From positions 171 through 64,170 of the forward strand of contig NZ_CAJLKP010000027.1 in assembly GCF_905207245.1 (NCBI RefSeq): a stretch of DNA of 64,000 nt, given 5' to 3'. Below the pieces are notes generated by a model. That model saw only the letters and a list, made by a program, of their open reading frames with translations, did not search any database and had not been told where the DNA came from. Made by a program: the position numbers and the translations under genes. The stretch's first letter is position 1. Every line of letters starts with the position of its first letter. The DNA comes from an uncultured Bacteroides sp. Its GTDB lineage: Bacteria; Bacteroidota; Bacteroidia; Bacteroidales; Bacteroidaceae. Shown piece by piece: positions 17,734-26,225 of the stretch.

Positions 17734-19047
17734 TTATTGGGCCGGTAAGAGGGTGGCACGTACCGAAGGCTCAAAGTCTACGCTTGAGTTATTGGTATCT
17801 TGCAATACTTTACGTCCGTCTTCGGTGGTGTAGGCTGTTCTGCGGACAACTGCCTTGCCGTAGTTTTCGGCAATCGTACTGTTCACACCTATATAGGCAT
17901 ATCCCATATCCAATGCCATGCTTGTCACGTTCCATACATATTTGTTCTTCGGACTCAGGTTGACAGCGTCTATAATCCAGCTATTGGGGAATTTGTATTC
18001 GGTGAATACCTTAGATTGGTTTCCGGTTGCCAGTGTATAAGTATAGTCGTAGGTATACTCTTCCAAGTATTGTTTGGAAGTCATTCCTGCCGGTAGCCGT
18101 CCGATAGCGTATGACCTGTTGCCTTGTTTAGCCAACACCCAAACGGTTTTGGTGTAATTGTACATCATGTCCAGATTGGGCACATCCGGATTGTCTATGT
18201 CCGGGTTGGAGGTGCTGGTAGACTGGGTGTACCATTCAAAGTCAGCCTTACTCAGGTCGGCCGAACCGGGGTTGGCTTCTTGATGGTTTATGGCATTATC
18301 ACAAATGGTGATGCTTTCTCCCGGCAACACCGGATAGTCTGTACCGCTTCCGGGAACCATGGCTATCACCTGCACGGTCATGGCTTCCTCCATAATGTTC
18401 GGGGTGTAATCGTTTTTGGTAACGGTCAGGAATTTAGATTCAAGCAATACCAGTCCGTCGGCATACAGCGTTTCGGTAGAGTTGTTGTGGATGCGGATAT
18501 ACTGGTCGCCGTTATACTGCTTGTTTGTTTCCGCATTCAGGGTTCCGGCGGCAAAAACTTCTGCAATCACGAAATCACCTTTCTCGTCCTTGTTCAGCAC
18601 ATAGACGGGCAGGTTCAGTGATATGGTTCCACCTTTTACTTCCACATTTTGCTTGGCACCTTGAACGTCAACATCAGCGGTTTTGGTTACTTCTACCGTT
18701 TCTTCTTTTCCGTCCTCATTGGTTATAATCTGGGTTTCCTTGTAACTATAGGATGCGGTACCTATAAAAGTTACGTTATACAGACCGTCGGTCAGCGTGG
18801 CCAATGTGCTTTGGACTGCCGCACGGGTCAGGGTAGAGGCATAATCAACTCTTGTCTCAAGTCCGGTGCTGATGTCGGTAAACGTGTATGTTCCCGTCTT
18901 GACGGTCAGGTCGTCTCCGATACTGTTGATGACATTTAATCCCATGTCTACCTGTGTAGTGGCAACGTCGTCGTCGCTACAAGCGGTCATTGCAAAGCCC
19001 CCTGCCAGCAGGAGTGCCCATGCGAAATACTTTACTCTTTTCATCAT
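17734..19047 (-). CDS. surface lipoprotein of unknown function (DUF4876-like, from memory)
   Basis: 437 aa. Lipobox GGFAMTAC followed by SDDD. Lies immediately downstream of the TonB-dependent receptor. Confidence 0.55.
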   Translation of the reverse strand: MMKRVKYFAWALLLAGGFAMTACSDDDVATTQVDMGLNVINSIGDDLTVKTGTYTFTDISTGLETRVDYASTLTRAAVQSTLATLTDGLYNVTFIGTASYSYKETQIITNEDGKEETVEVTKTADVDVQGAKQNVEVKGGTISLNLPVYVLNKDEKGDFVIAEVFAAGTLNAETNKQYNGDQYIRIHNNSTETLYADGLVLLESKFLTVTKNDYTPNIMEEAMTVQVIAMVPGSGTDYPVLPGESITICDNAINHQEANPGSADLSKADFEWYTQSTSTSNPDIDNPDVPNLDMMYNYTKTVWVLAKQGNRSYAIGRLPAGMTSKQYLEEYTYDYTYTLATGNQSKVFTEYKFPNSWIIDAVNLSPKNKYVWNVTSMALDMGYAYIGVNSTIAENYGKAVVRRTAYTTEDGRKVLQDTNNSSVDFEPSVRATLLPAQ

Positions 19048-19068
19048 AATCTATTGTTTTTATACTTG

Positions 19069-21801
19069 TTAAAATCTTAAGTTGGCTTCCATCCCGAAGT
19101 ATGGGTTATAAGTGCGCTTGACCTCTCTCGTACCACTGTGATATATGGGTGCTACGTTCAGCAAGCGGTTTACAAATAATGACAGTTGCATATACTTCCC
19201 GATTTCTTTGGTCGCTTTCAGATTGATGCCCATTTCAAAGGGAACCACTTTGCGGTTGAAGTAATCGTCGGCATATTTGTTTACTAAATGTTGCAACTGC
19301 ACGTCCGTGGCGTCAGCTTCTGTGAAGAGATGTACTTTTCCTCCTTTATCCACGTAACTCACCGGTGTTCCGTTGTTCCAAAGGCTTTGTGAGGCGGTGT
19401 ACCAAGTGCACTGTGCTGTCACAGAAAAAGCCATTCCTATTCTGTTCAGATAGGTGTCGGCAGTGACATTCGTATTGAATACTTCATTGGTGGAACCACT
19501 TTCCCAATCATACAGACCTACATATTGCAATTGTTCTCCGTTCAGTATGATGGATGACTCTTTATATTCGGGCATACTATTGCTATAAGTTGTTTTTAGC
19601 CAGGCGCCGGTGACGGTGAATCTGGTTTTCAGTTGCTTGATACGTTGGGACGAGAAAGTGAACTCCACACCCTGCTTGCGTACACGTGTACCGTTTCCGG
19701 CCATTTTGTAGGCGTTGATTAAAGTATCTTCTGCATAGGATAGACCTTCCAGTGTGGGCGGACCGGTCAGTTCGGAAGAGTTGATGGAAGAAGTATCGTA
19801 CTTCTTGTAAGCCAGTGTGCGGTAATAGGAAATATCGCGGAAAGCATTGTTCATGCGTTCCTGAAAATAGGTGACGGAGAATTGGTTTCCTTTATGTGCC
19901 ACATTCAGGCGCACTTCCCATTTCTGGTTGCGTGCAGGTTCCAGGTTATAATTCGTATTGTCCCATTTATAGGTCATCATGTTGATGCGGCGATAGTCGG
20001 CATTGTTATGGTAGTAGTTCAGTTGCACTACGTCCACATATCTGGCATCCGGATATAGCTGTGCGGTGGTCGGGAGCTTTGACAACCAACCGATGCCGGC
20101 GGATATGTCGATCAGCCAGTCCTCGTTGGCACCCAGTGCGGGGAGTTGCCACTTCAGGTTAAAGCGGGGATCGAGGTATATTTTGCCTTGAATAGCATAG
20201 TCGCCGGATAAGCCTAACAGAGAGTTGGCGCGTACACCTGCCGAGAGGAACAGTTCATGCTTGCCGAGGGGCAGCTTCATTTGCTCTTCTGCATAAACGG
20301 ATACGTCCTGCCGTGCCGGGATGTCATTATAACTCCGGGGGCGGGTGGTCGATGAGGTGTTCAACGGGCGGGTGGTGTCATATACCTGTCCGTCTCCGAA
20401 GTTCTTGCTCAGATTCCATTCCGCACCGACTTTCAGCGTGTGAGAGCTTTTCATCCAGTGAAAGGCGAAATCGCCGATTATTTTGGCATTTGCATAGAAA
20501 GGCTTGCCGTCCACCAATACATTGGCTACGTAGTTATAAGGAAGGTAAAGTCCGTCCGCCTCTCCCTGTTCCGTGCTGTTGGGGATACCGGTGGGGCGGT
20601 CCAGTGATACCGACTTCCGTTCTTTTATCTTGCTGAACTCTTGCGAAACGGATGCGTTGGCACGCAGCTGGCGCAAGAAAGAGTGCTCGGGGCGCTTCAA
20701 CACCCATTCGCCGCCCAGCGTCATTTTATCATAAGAGGACTTGTAAGAATCTTCCTTTACGGTAATATCTTTATCACGTTTCACATTGTCGAATGAACCG
20801 GTATAATCGGCGTTGATACGCCAGTCTATGTGTCCAATCTTTGCTTTGTAGTTAGTATTCAGACGGGCGGATGCGGTGATGCGTTTGTAGTTCTCACGGC
20901 TGTCGCGCGGATCTACTTTCGAATCCAGATAACTAAGATCCAGATTCAGTACATTGGTGCCGCTGATTGCCCAGCCTTTTCCGGCGGAGAACAGTTTGCT
21001 TACCTGGTCTGCTTTGAAACGTGCAGTCAGGGGAGAGGCGCTTGATTTCCGTTTGATGTTTACTAATCCTCCGGTCAGGTTTCCGTATTCTACAGAAGGT
21101 ATTCCCCGGATGATTTCCACACTTTCTATATTGTCTGTTGAAAGCGTACGCATATCTACACCTTTGGATACGGACTCTTTGTCACCTTGATTTGTTCCTT
21201 GCAGGTATTGCAAGTTGGCATCAGTGTTTACGGTCATGCCGTCCACCACAAATCCCACTCCTAAAGAGGCGATGGTTTCGCTGGTGCTTCCGGCTTCACG
21301 GATTTTTATCAGATTGGCACTGCCCATGTTCGGGTCAACGGACTTTCCGCCGGGAAGCAACTCCAGCAAGTCGGTGAAACTTGTCGGTTGCAGATGTTCC
21401 ATTGCCCTGCGGTCTATTCTTGACGCACTGGTCAGTCCTTTCGACTCCGAAGCGGTAATCACTACCTCATTCAGTGCTAGGGTCGATGAAGTGAGTTGGA
21501 AAGACAGGGTTGTATTTTTGGAGATAGAGAGAGTCTTTGTTAACTTGTCATATCCCAGATAAGATACGGTTATTGTATATGTTCCGGCTGATAATTTGGA
21601 GAAAGAATACTTTCCGTTCTGGTCGCTGAGAGCGCCATACCAAGTCTTATCCGCAGTCTGTAATTGAATGGTGGCAAAACTTAAAGGCTCTTTGGTCTGC
21701 GCATCTTGTATAGTTCCGGTGAGGGTGTAACCATGTTGGGCAGAGGCAGATAAGTGATTGATAAACAGAATTGTTATGATATAAAGAACTTTGCGAAACA
21801 T
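19069..21801 (-). CDS. TonB-dependent receptor with N-terminal carboxypeptidase-regulatory-like domain
   Basis: 910 aa. Contains a CarboxypepD_reg-like segment (YTLTGTIQDAQTKEPLSFATIQL...GKYSFSKLSAGTYTITVSYLGY), a plug region, and a C-terminal ...MEANLRF. No SusD-like partner is present. Confidence 0.9.
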   Translation of the reverse strand: MFRKVLYIITILFINHLSASAQHGYTLTGTIQDAQTKEPLSFATIQLQTADKTWYGALSDQNGKYSFSKLSAGTYTITVSYLGYDKLTKTLSISKNTTLSFQLTSSTLALNEVVITASESKGLTSASRIDRRAMEHLQPTSFTDLLELLPGGKSVDPNMGSANLIKIREAGSTSETIASLGVGFVVDGMTVNTDANLQYLQGTNQGDKESVSKGVDMRTLSTDNIESVEIIRGIPSVEYGNLTGGLVNIKRKSSASPLTARFKADQVSKLFSAGKGWAISGTNVLNLDLSYLDSKVDPRDSRENYKRITASARLNTNYKAKIGHIDWRINADYTGSFDNVKRDKDITVKEDSYKSSYDKMTLGGEWVLKRPEHSFLRQLRANASVSQEFSKIKERKSVSLDRPTGIPNSTEQGEADGLYLPYNYVANVLVDGKPFYANAKIIGDFAFHWMKSSHTLKVGAEWNLSKNFGDGQVYDTTRPLNTSSTTRPRSYNDIPARQDVSVYAEEQMKLPLGKHELFLSAGVRANSLLGLSGDYAIQGKIYLDPRFNLKWQLPALGANEDWLIDISAGIGWLSKLPTTAQLYPDARYVDVVQLNYYHNNADYRRINMMTYKWDNTNYNLEPARNQKWEVRLNVAHKGNQFSVTYFQERMNNAFRDISYYRTLAYKKYDTSSINSSELTGPPTLEGLSYAEDTLINAYKMAGNGTRVRKQGVEFTFSSQRIKQLKTRFTVTGAWLKTTYSNSMPEYKESSIILNGEQLQYVGLYDWESGSTNEVFNTNVTADTYLNRIGMAFSVTAQCTWYTASQSLWNNGTPVSYVDKGGKVHLFTEADATDVQLQHLVNKYADDYFNRKVVPFEMGINLKATKEIGKYMQLSLFVNRLLNVAPIYHSGTREVKRTYNPYFGMEANLRF

Positions 21802-21818
21802 CTTTATGGATTTGTTTG

Positions 21819-21826
21819 CAAAGTTA
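21819..21826 (-). promoter_or_regulatory. possible -7 box TAACTTTG for the receptor gene
   Basis: The minus strand reads TAACTTTGcaaacaaatccataaagATG. The distance to the ATG is very short, so support is weak. Confidence 0.3.
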
Positions 21827-21923
21827 TGTAGAATGGGAAACGTGGGAAATCGCTATATATAGGTAAATTGTGGGTAGAGTTGTGGATTTTGCTACTTATA
21901 AATAGGTATTGGTCAGAAACAAC

Positions 21924-21964
21924 AAAAGCCGTTCCCCAGAATAGACAAGTAGGGAGCGGCTTTT
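21924..21964 (-). terminator. intrinsic terminator/attenuator after the small ORF
   Basis: On the minus strand, AAAAGCCGCTCCC-loop-GGGAACGGCTTTT is followed by GTTGTTT. Confidence 0.55.
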
Positions 21965-21984
21965 GTATGTTAGCGTGCTTACTA

Positions 21985-22233
21985 TTATTTGGCAGGCTGT
22001 GCAGGTGTTTCTGCTGCAGGCGTTTCCGTTGCAGGAGCTTCTGTCTTGGGCTCTTCTGCTTTCGGTTCTTCTGCTTTGGGTTCTTCCTTGGCAGGCTCAG
22101 TTGCCTTAGGTTCATCAGTCTTTTCCGTTGTCGGTTGCTGAGTCTTCACGGGATCCTGAGCGTTTGCCACGAAAGAACCACCACAAACAAACATAAACAG
22201 GGCTGCTACTAATACTAACTTTTTCATAATCAT
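21985..22233 (-). CDS. small secreted Pro/Glu/Lys/Ala/Thr-repeat protein
   Basis: Start placed at MIMKKLVLVAALFMFVCGGSFVANA (signal peptide). The mature part is low complexity with EEPKA x3 and ETPA repeats. Sits about 90 nt downstream of a sigma-54 promoter match. Confidence 0.6.
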   Translation of the reverse strand: MIMKKLVLVAALFMFVCGGSFVANAQDPVKTQQPTTEKTDEPKATEPAKEEPKAEEPKAEEPKTEAPATETPAAETPAQPAK

Positions 22234-22325
22234 TTGCTTTTTAAGTGTTATACTATATATATTTCTAAGTTTAAAGTTTAGGTTTCCTCTTTTTTGGGGA
22301 AGCTTGTCGCTTACATATGAATAGT

Positions 22326-22341
22326 TGCAAAGGTTGTGCCA
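22326..22341 (-). promoter_or_regulatory. sigma-54 (-24/-12) promoter
   Basis: The minus strand reads TGGCACaacctTTGCA. This is an exact match to TGGCAC-N5-TTGCW with correct GG-GC spacing. The adjacent upstream gene encodes a sigma-54 activator. Confidence 0.72.
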
Positions 22342-22398
22342 AGAGGAACTGATGATAGGCAAGTGGTTGATTATTAGTGAAGTTGGTGAGTGGGGAAA

Positions 22399-22458
22399 GT
22401 GTGGCACAGTGTGGAATTGTGTGGAAAGTGTAGAAACAAGTGTGGAAAAATTCCACAC
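22399..22458. promoter_or_regulatory. candidate enhancer (UAS): GTGTGGAA repeat array with a perfect dyad
   Basis: GTGTGGCA 22399, GTGTGGAA 22409, 22419 and 22440, GTGTAGAA 22428. The dyad GTGTGGAAAAATTCCACAC spans 22440-22458. A further copy lies at 22498-22505. The array is 60-130 bp upstream of the sigma-54 promoter. Confidence 0.45.
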
Positions 22459-22504
22459 TGTGGTGGTCTGCACCATACTAAAGCCGTAGCCAAAGCGTGT
22501 GGAA

Positions 22505-23860
22505 TTATAAGTTTATGTCGTACAAACTTAATTTATTGTACAACGTCTTCCGGTCAATACCCAGCAACTGTGCTGCCCGGCTTTTGTTGTTTCCCGTTTG
22601 TCGCAATGCCTCGATAATTTTTTGTTTTTCTGTTTCCTCATTGCGCAGGGGTAAACCTATGTGGGTATGGATAGGCTCTTGAAGTTCGGTCAGTTCGTTC
22701 GGGGTGATGAACTTGCCTTGTGCCAGCAGGGTAGCACGGCGCACAATATTCTTCATCTGCCGGAGGTTACCCGGCCAGTGATATTCTGACAGTGCTTTGG
22801 ATGCCGCGTCGTCGAAACCAATCAATTGTTTATCCAGCTCGCGGTTGGCTTGGTCGAGGAAGAAGTTTGCAAAGAGAAGAATATCTTCCCGGCGGTCCTT
22901 CAGTTCGGGCATGCGCAGGGTGAATTCGTTGATTCGGTGGAACAAATCCTGGCGGAAGGTTCCTTTTTCGATAGCCTGCTCCAGATCTTCATTGGTGGCC
23001 GAAACTAAACGTATGTCTACGGTGATTTCCTTATTGGAACCTACCGGACGAATCTTCCGTTCCTGCAAGGCTCGCAATAGTTGTATTTGTACTTCATAAC
23101 TGAGATTGCCTATTTCATCCAGAAAGATAGTCCCGCCGTTGGCAGCAACGAAAGCGCCTGTCTTGTCCGTCAGTGCTCCGGTGAATGAACCTTTTATGTG
23201 TCCGAAGAATTCAGAAGCGGCAAGTTCTTTAGGGATAGAGCCGCAATCGATGGCAACAAAGGGTTGCCCGGCACGTTTGCTGAGTTGGTGGATGCGATGG
23301 GCTACGTATTCTTTTCCCGTTCCGCTGGCACCGTTGATGAGTACCGACATGGTGGTGGGAGCAACCAGCCTTACATAATTATATAATTGTTTGGCAGCGT
23401 CGCTTTCTCCTTCCAGATAATCAGAAGAACCGCTTCCTGAGGCTTGTGAGTGGGTGTTGTCCCCTTTATCGGAACGGACGGTCTGTTTGGGTGAAGCAGA
23501 TGGTTGCTTTATCGCTTCGCCTATTTTCTTCAAAAGTTCTTCCGGATTTACCGGTTTGGCAACGTAATCGCTGGCACCTAATTTCATGGCTTGCACGGCC
23601 GACTGGATGTCGGCATAGCTCGTCATCATGATGAGTGGGATGGACATACCCTGAGTTCCTAACCACTTCAACAAATCGATGCCGTCCTTGTCGGGCAGAC
23701 GCAGGTCGGACAAAATCAAGTCGGCACCCTCCGTTTCCAGATGCTTCTGGGCGCGGGCGATACTGCTGACGGAAGTTACCTGGAAGCCTTTTTTGCCTAA
23801 CCAGGTTTTTAGCATCATACCGTAAGTAATGTCGTCTTCAACGATGAGTATAGATTTCAT
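22505..23860 (-). CDS. sigma-54-dependent response regulator (NtrC family: REC + AAA+ + Fis-HTH)
   Basis: REC domain (ILIVEDD...DLILSDLRLPD). AAA+ Walker A GASGTGKE, GAFTGA-type loop GSFTGA, ASEFFGH. C-terminal HTH NKSRAAQLLGIDRKTLYNKL. Confidence 0.92.
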   Translation of the reverse strand: MKSILIVEDDITYGMMLKTWLGKKGFQVTSVSSIARAQKHLETEGADLILSDLRLPDKDGIDLLKWLGTQGMSIPLIMMTSYADIQSAVQAMKLGASDYVAKPVNPEELLKKIGEAIKQPSASPKQTVRSDKGDNTHSQASGSGSSDYLEGESDAAKQLYNYVRLVAPTTMSVLINGASGTGKEYVAHRIHQLSKRAGQPFVAIDCGSIPKELAASEFFGHIKGSFTGALTDKTGAFVAANGGTIFLDEIGNLSYEVQIQLLRALQERKIRPVGSNKEITVDIRLVSATNEDLEQAIEKGTFRQDLFHRINEFTLRMPELKDRREDILLFANFFLDQANRELDKQLIGFDDAASKALSEYHWPGNLRQMKNIVRRATLLAQGKFITPNELTELQEPIHTHIGLPLRNEETEKQKIIEALRQTGNNKSRAAQLLGIDRKTLYNKLSLYDINL

Positions 23861-23917
23861 TGCCTTAACTTTTGTCTCTTTTAAGACACAAAGGTAAACC
23901 GTTTTACCTGAAAATCG

Positions 23918-23925
23918 TATATTTG
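23918..23925 (+). promoter_or_regulatory. -7 promoter box TATATTTG
   Basis: TAnnTTTG match 26 nt upstream of the ATG at 23952. Confidence 0.45.
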
Positions 23926-23951
23926 CAAACTTAATTTAAATAAAAAGCGTT

Positions 23952-24791
23952 ATGAAGAAGAATTTTATTGTAATATTAACCATACTGATTTGCAGTGTAA
24001 CAGCCTGCCAGTCGGGACAAAAGAAAGATAGAAATATGAGTGAAGAAACTAAATTAAAGATTGAGACATCTGCAGGTGACATCATTGTGAAACTGTATAA
24101 TGAGACGCCGCAGCACCGTGATAATTTCATTAAATTGGCGGAACAAGGAACATATGAAGGTACGCTGTTCCATCGTGTCATCAAGGATTTTATGATACAA
24201 GCAGGTGATCCTGAATCAAAGAATGCACCTAAAGGCAAGATGTTGGGTGCGGGCGATGTAGGCTATACGATCCCTGCCGAGTTTGTTTATCCGAAGTATT
24301 TCCATAAGAAAGGCGCATTGTCTGCTGCACGTCAGGGTGATAATGTGAATCCGAATAAAGAGTCTTCCGGTTGCCAGTTCTACATTGTTACGGGTAAGGT
24401 GTACAATGACACTACCTTGCTTGGTATGGAGAACCAGATGAATCAGAACCGTTTGACAACTGTGTTCAATACTTTGGCACAGAAGCACATGAAGGAGATT
24501 TATAAGATGCGTAAGGAGAATGACCAGGACGGGTTGATGAACTTGCAGGATACATTGTTTGCACAGGCTGAGGCAGAAGTTGCCAAGCAACCGGAATTCC
24601 ACTTTACACCGGAACAGGTGAAAGCTTATACTACAGTGGGCGGTACTCCGCATCTGGACGGCGAATATACTGTGTTCGGCGAGGTTGTTGAAGGCATGGA
24701 TATAGTAGATAAGATACAACAGGTAAAAACGGATCGTAGCGATCGCCCGGAAGATGATGTGAAGATCAAGAAGGTGACAGTGCTGAACTAA
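23952..24791 (+). CDS. cyclophilin-type peptidyl-prolyl isomerase (lipoprotein)
   Basis: Lipobox ICSVTAC. FHRVIKDFMIQAGDP, GCQFYIV, YTVFGEVVEGMDIVDKI. Confidence 0.9.
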   Translation: MKKNFIVILTILICSVTACQSGQKKDRNMSEETKLKIETSAGDIIVKLYNETPQHRDNFIKLAEQGTYEGTLFHRVIKDFMIQAGDPESKNAPKGKMLGAGDVGYTIPAEFVYPKYFHKKGALSAARQGDNVNPNKESSGCQFYIVTGKVYNDTTLLGMENQMNQNRLTTVFNTLAQKHMKEIYKMRKENDQDGLMNLQDTLFAQAEAEVAKQPEFHFTPEQVKAYTTVGGTPHLDGEYTVFGEVVEGMDIVDKIQQVKTDRSDRPEDDVKIKKVTVLN

Positions 24792-24834
24792 ACTGTTGGT
24801 GGAATTAATTCAAGCCGGTACAGAAGAGAAGGAA

Positions 24835-24924
24835 ACAAGGGGACGAGTTGACAAGGGGACAAGGGGCTGCGCAATGCTTCTATACCGCATGGAACCTTGT
24901 TCCCTTGTCAACTCTTCCCCTTGT
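24835..24924 (+). repeat. palindromic element E (octamer-word arms plus GC-rich core)
   Basis: 30-bp stem between 24835-24864 and 24895-24924 (28 Watson-Crick pairs, 1 G:U, 1 mismatch). Arms are built from the words CAAGGGGA and CGAGTTGA. Core is GGCTGCGCAATGCTTCTATACCGCATGG. Confidence 0.85.
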
Positions 24925-24986
24925 CAACTGATTCAAATCCGCTCCGAAAAGTGTTAATTCCGCTAACAAGTAACAATCGCTATTTT

Positions 24987-26219
24987 ATGAAAATCAATAA
25001 ACTCACTCTCTCTAATGGTTTGCGACTGGTGCATTACCAGGATATCAGTACTCAGATGGTGGCACTGAACATCGTCTATGATGTAGGTGCTCGGGATGAA
25101 CATCCTGATCATACTGGTTTTGCCCACTTGTTCGAACATCTTATGTTCGGCGGTTCCGTGAATATTCCCGATTATGATGCCCCACTGCAATCGGCAGGAG
25201 GTGAAAACAATGCTTGGACGAACAATGATATCACTAACTATTACCTTACCGTTCCCAAAGCGAATGTAGAGATTGGTTTCTGGTTGGAGTCCGACCGTAT
25301 GCTGAGCCTGGCATTCAATGAACAAAGCCTTGAGGTGCAGCGCGGTGTGGTAATGGAGGAGTTTAAACAGCGTTGTCTGAACCAGCCTTATGGGGATGTG
25401 GGACATTTCATCCGCCCATTGGCCTATCAGGTGCACCCATATCGCTGGCCTACTATCGGAAAGGACTTGTCGCATATTGAACAAGCCACGCTGGAAGAGG
25501 TGAAAGCATTCTTCTACCGTTTTTATGCACCCAACAATGCTGTGTTGGCCGTCACCGGAAACATTTCATGGGAAGAAACTGTCAGGTTGACAGAGAAGTG
25601 GTTTGGTCCGATACCCCGCAGGGATGTGCCTGTGCGGAATCTGCCGCAGGAAATTGCACAGACGGAAGCCCGCAGACAGGTGGTGGAGCGTCCCGTACCT
25701 TTGGATGCACTCTTTATGGCTTATCATATGTGCAGCCGCGAACATCCCGATTATTATGCGTTCGATATTCTTTCGGACATCCTTAGCAACGGGCGTTCCA
25801 GTCGTTTGAACCGTCGTCTGGTGCAGGAGCAGAAATTGTTCTCCAGTATTGATGCTTATATTTCCGGCACGCGTGATGCGGGACTGTTGCATATCAGTGG
25901 AAAACCGGCGGCAGGTGTGTCGTTGGAGGAGGCTGAGGCTGCTGTGTGCAAGGAGTTGGAAAAGCTGCAGCAGACAGCGATAGAGGAACAAGAACTGGAG
26001 AAAGTGAAGAATAAATTCGAGTCTACTCAGATATTCGGAAATATTAATTACCTGAATGTAGCTACTAACCTGGCATGGTTCGAACTGACCGGGCAGGCGG
26101 AAGACATAGACCGCGAAGTAGAACGGTATCGCGCTGTGACGGCGGAACAATTGAAACGGGTGGCACAAGAGGCTTTCCGGGAGGAAAACTCGGTAGTGCT
26201 ATATTATAAGAAAGAGTAG
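24987..26219 (+). CDS. M16-family (pitrilysin-like) zinc peptidase
   Basis: Start moved to MKINKLTLSNG. Inverted zinc motif HLFEH (HxxEH). Confidence 0.85.
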   Translation: MKINKLTLSNGLRLVHYQDISTQMVALNIVYDVGARDEHPDHTGFAHLFEHLMFGGSVNIPDYDAPLQSAGGENNAWTNNDITNYYLTVPKANVEIGFWLESDRMLSLAFNEQSLEVQRGVVMEEFKQRCLNQPYGDVGHFIRPLAYQVHPYRWPTIGKDLSHIEQATLEEVKAFFYRFYAPNNAVLAVTGNISWEETVRLTEKWFGPIPRRDVPVRNLPQEIAQTEARRQVVERPVPLDALFMAYHMCSREHPDYYAFDILSDILSNGRSSRLNRRLVQEQKLFSSIDAYISGTRDAGLLHISGKPAAGVSLEEAEAAVCKELEKLQQTAIEEQELEKVKNKFESTQIFGNINYLNVATNLAWFELTGQAEDIDREVERYRAVTAEQLKRVAQEAFREENSVVLYYKKE

Positions 26220-26225
26220 TTTTTT

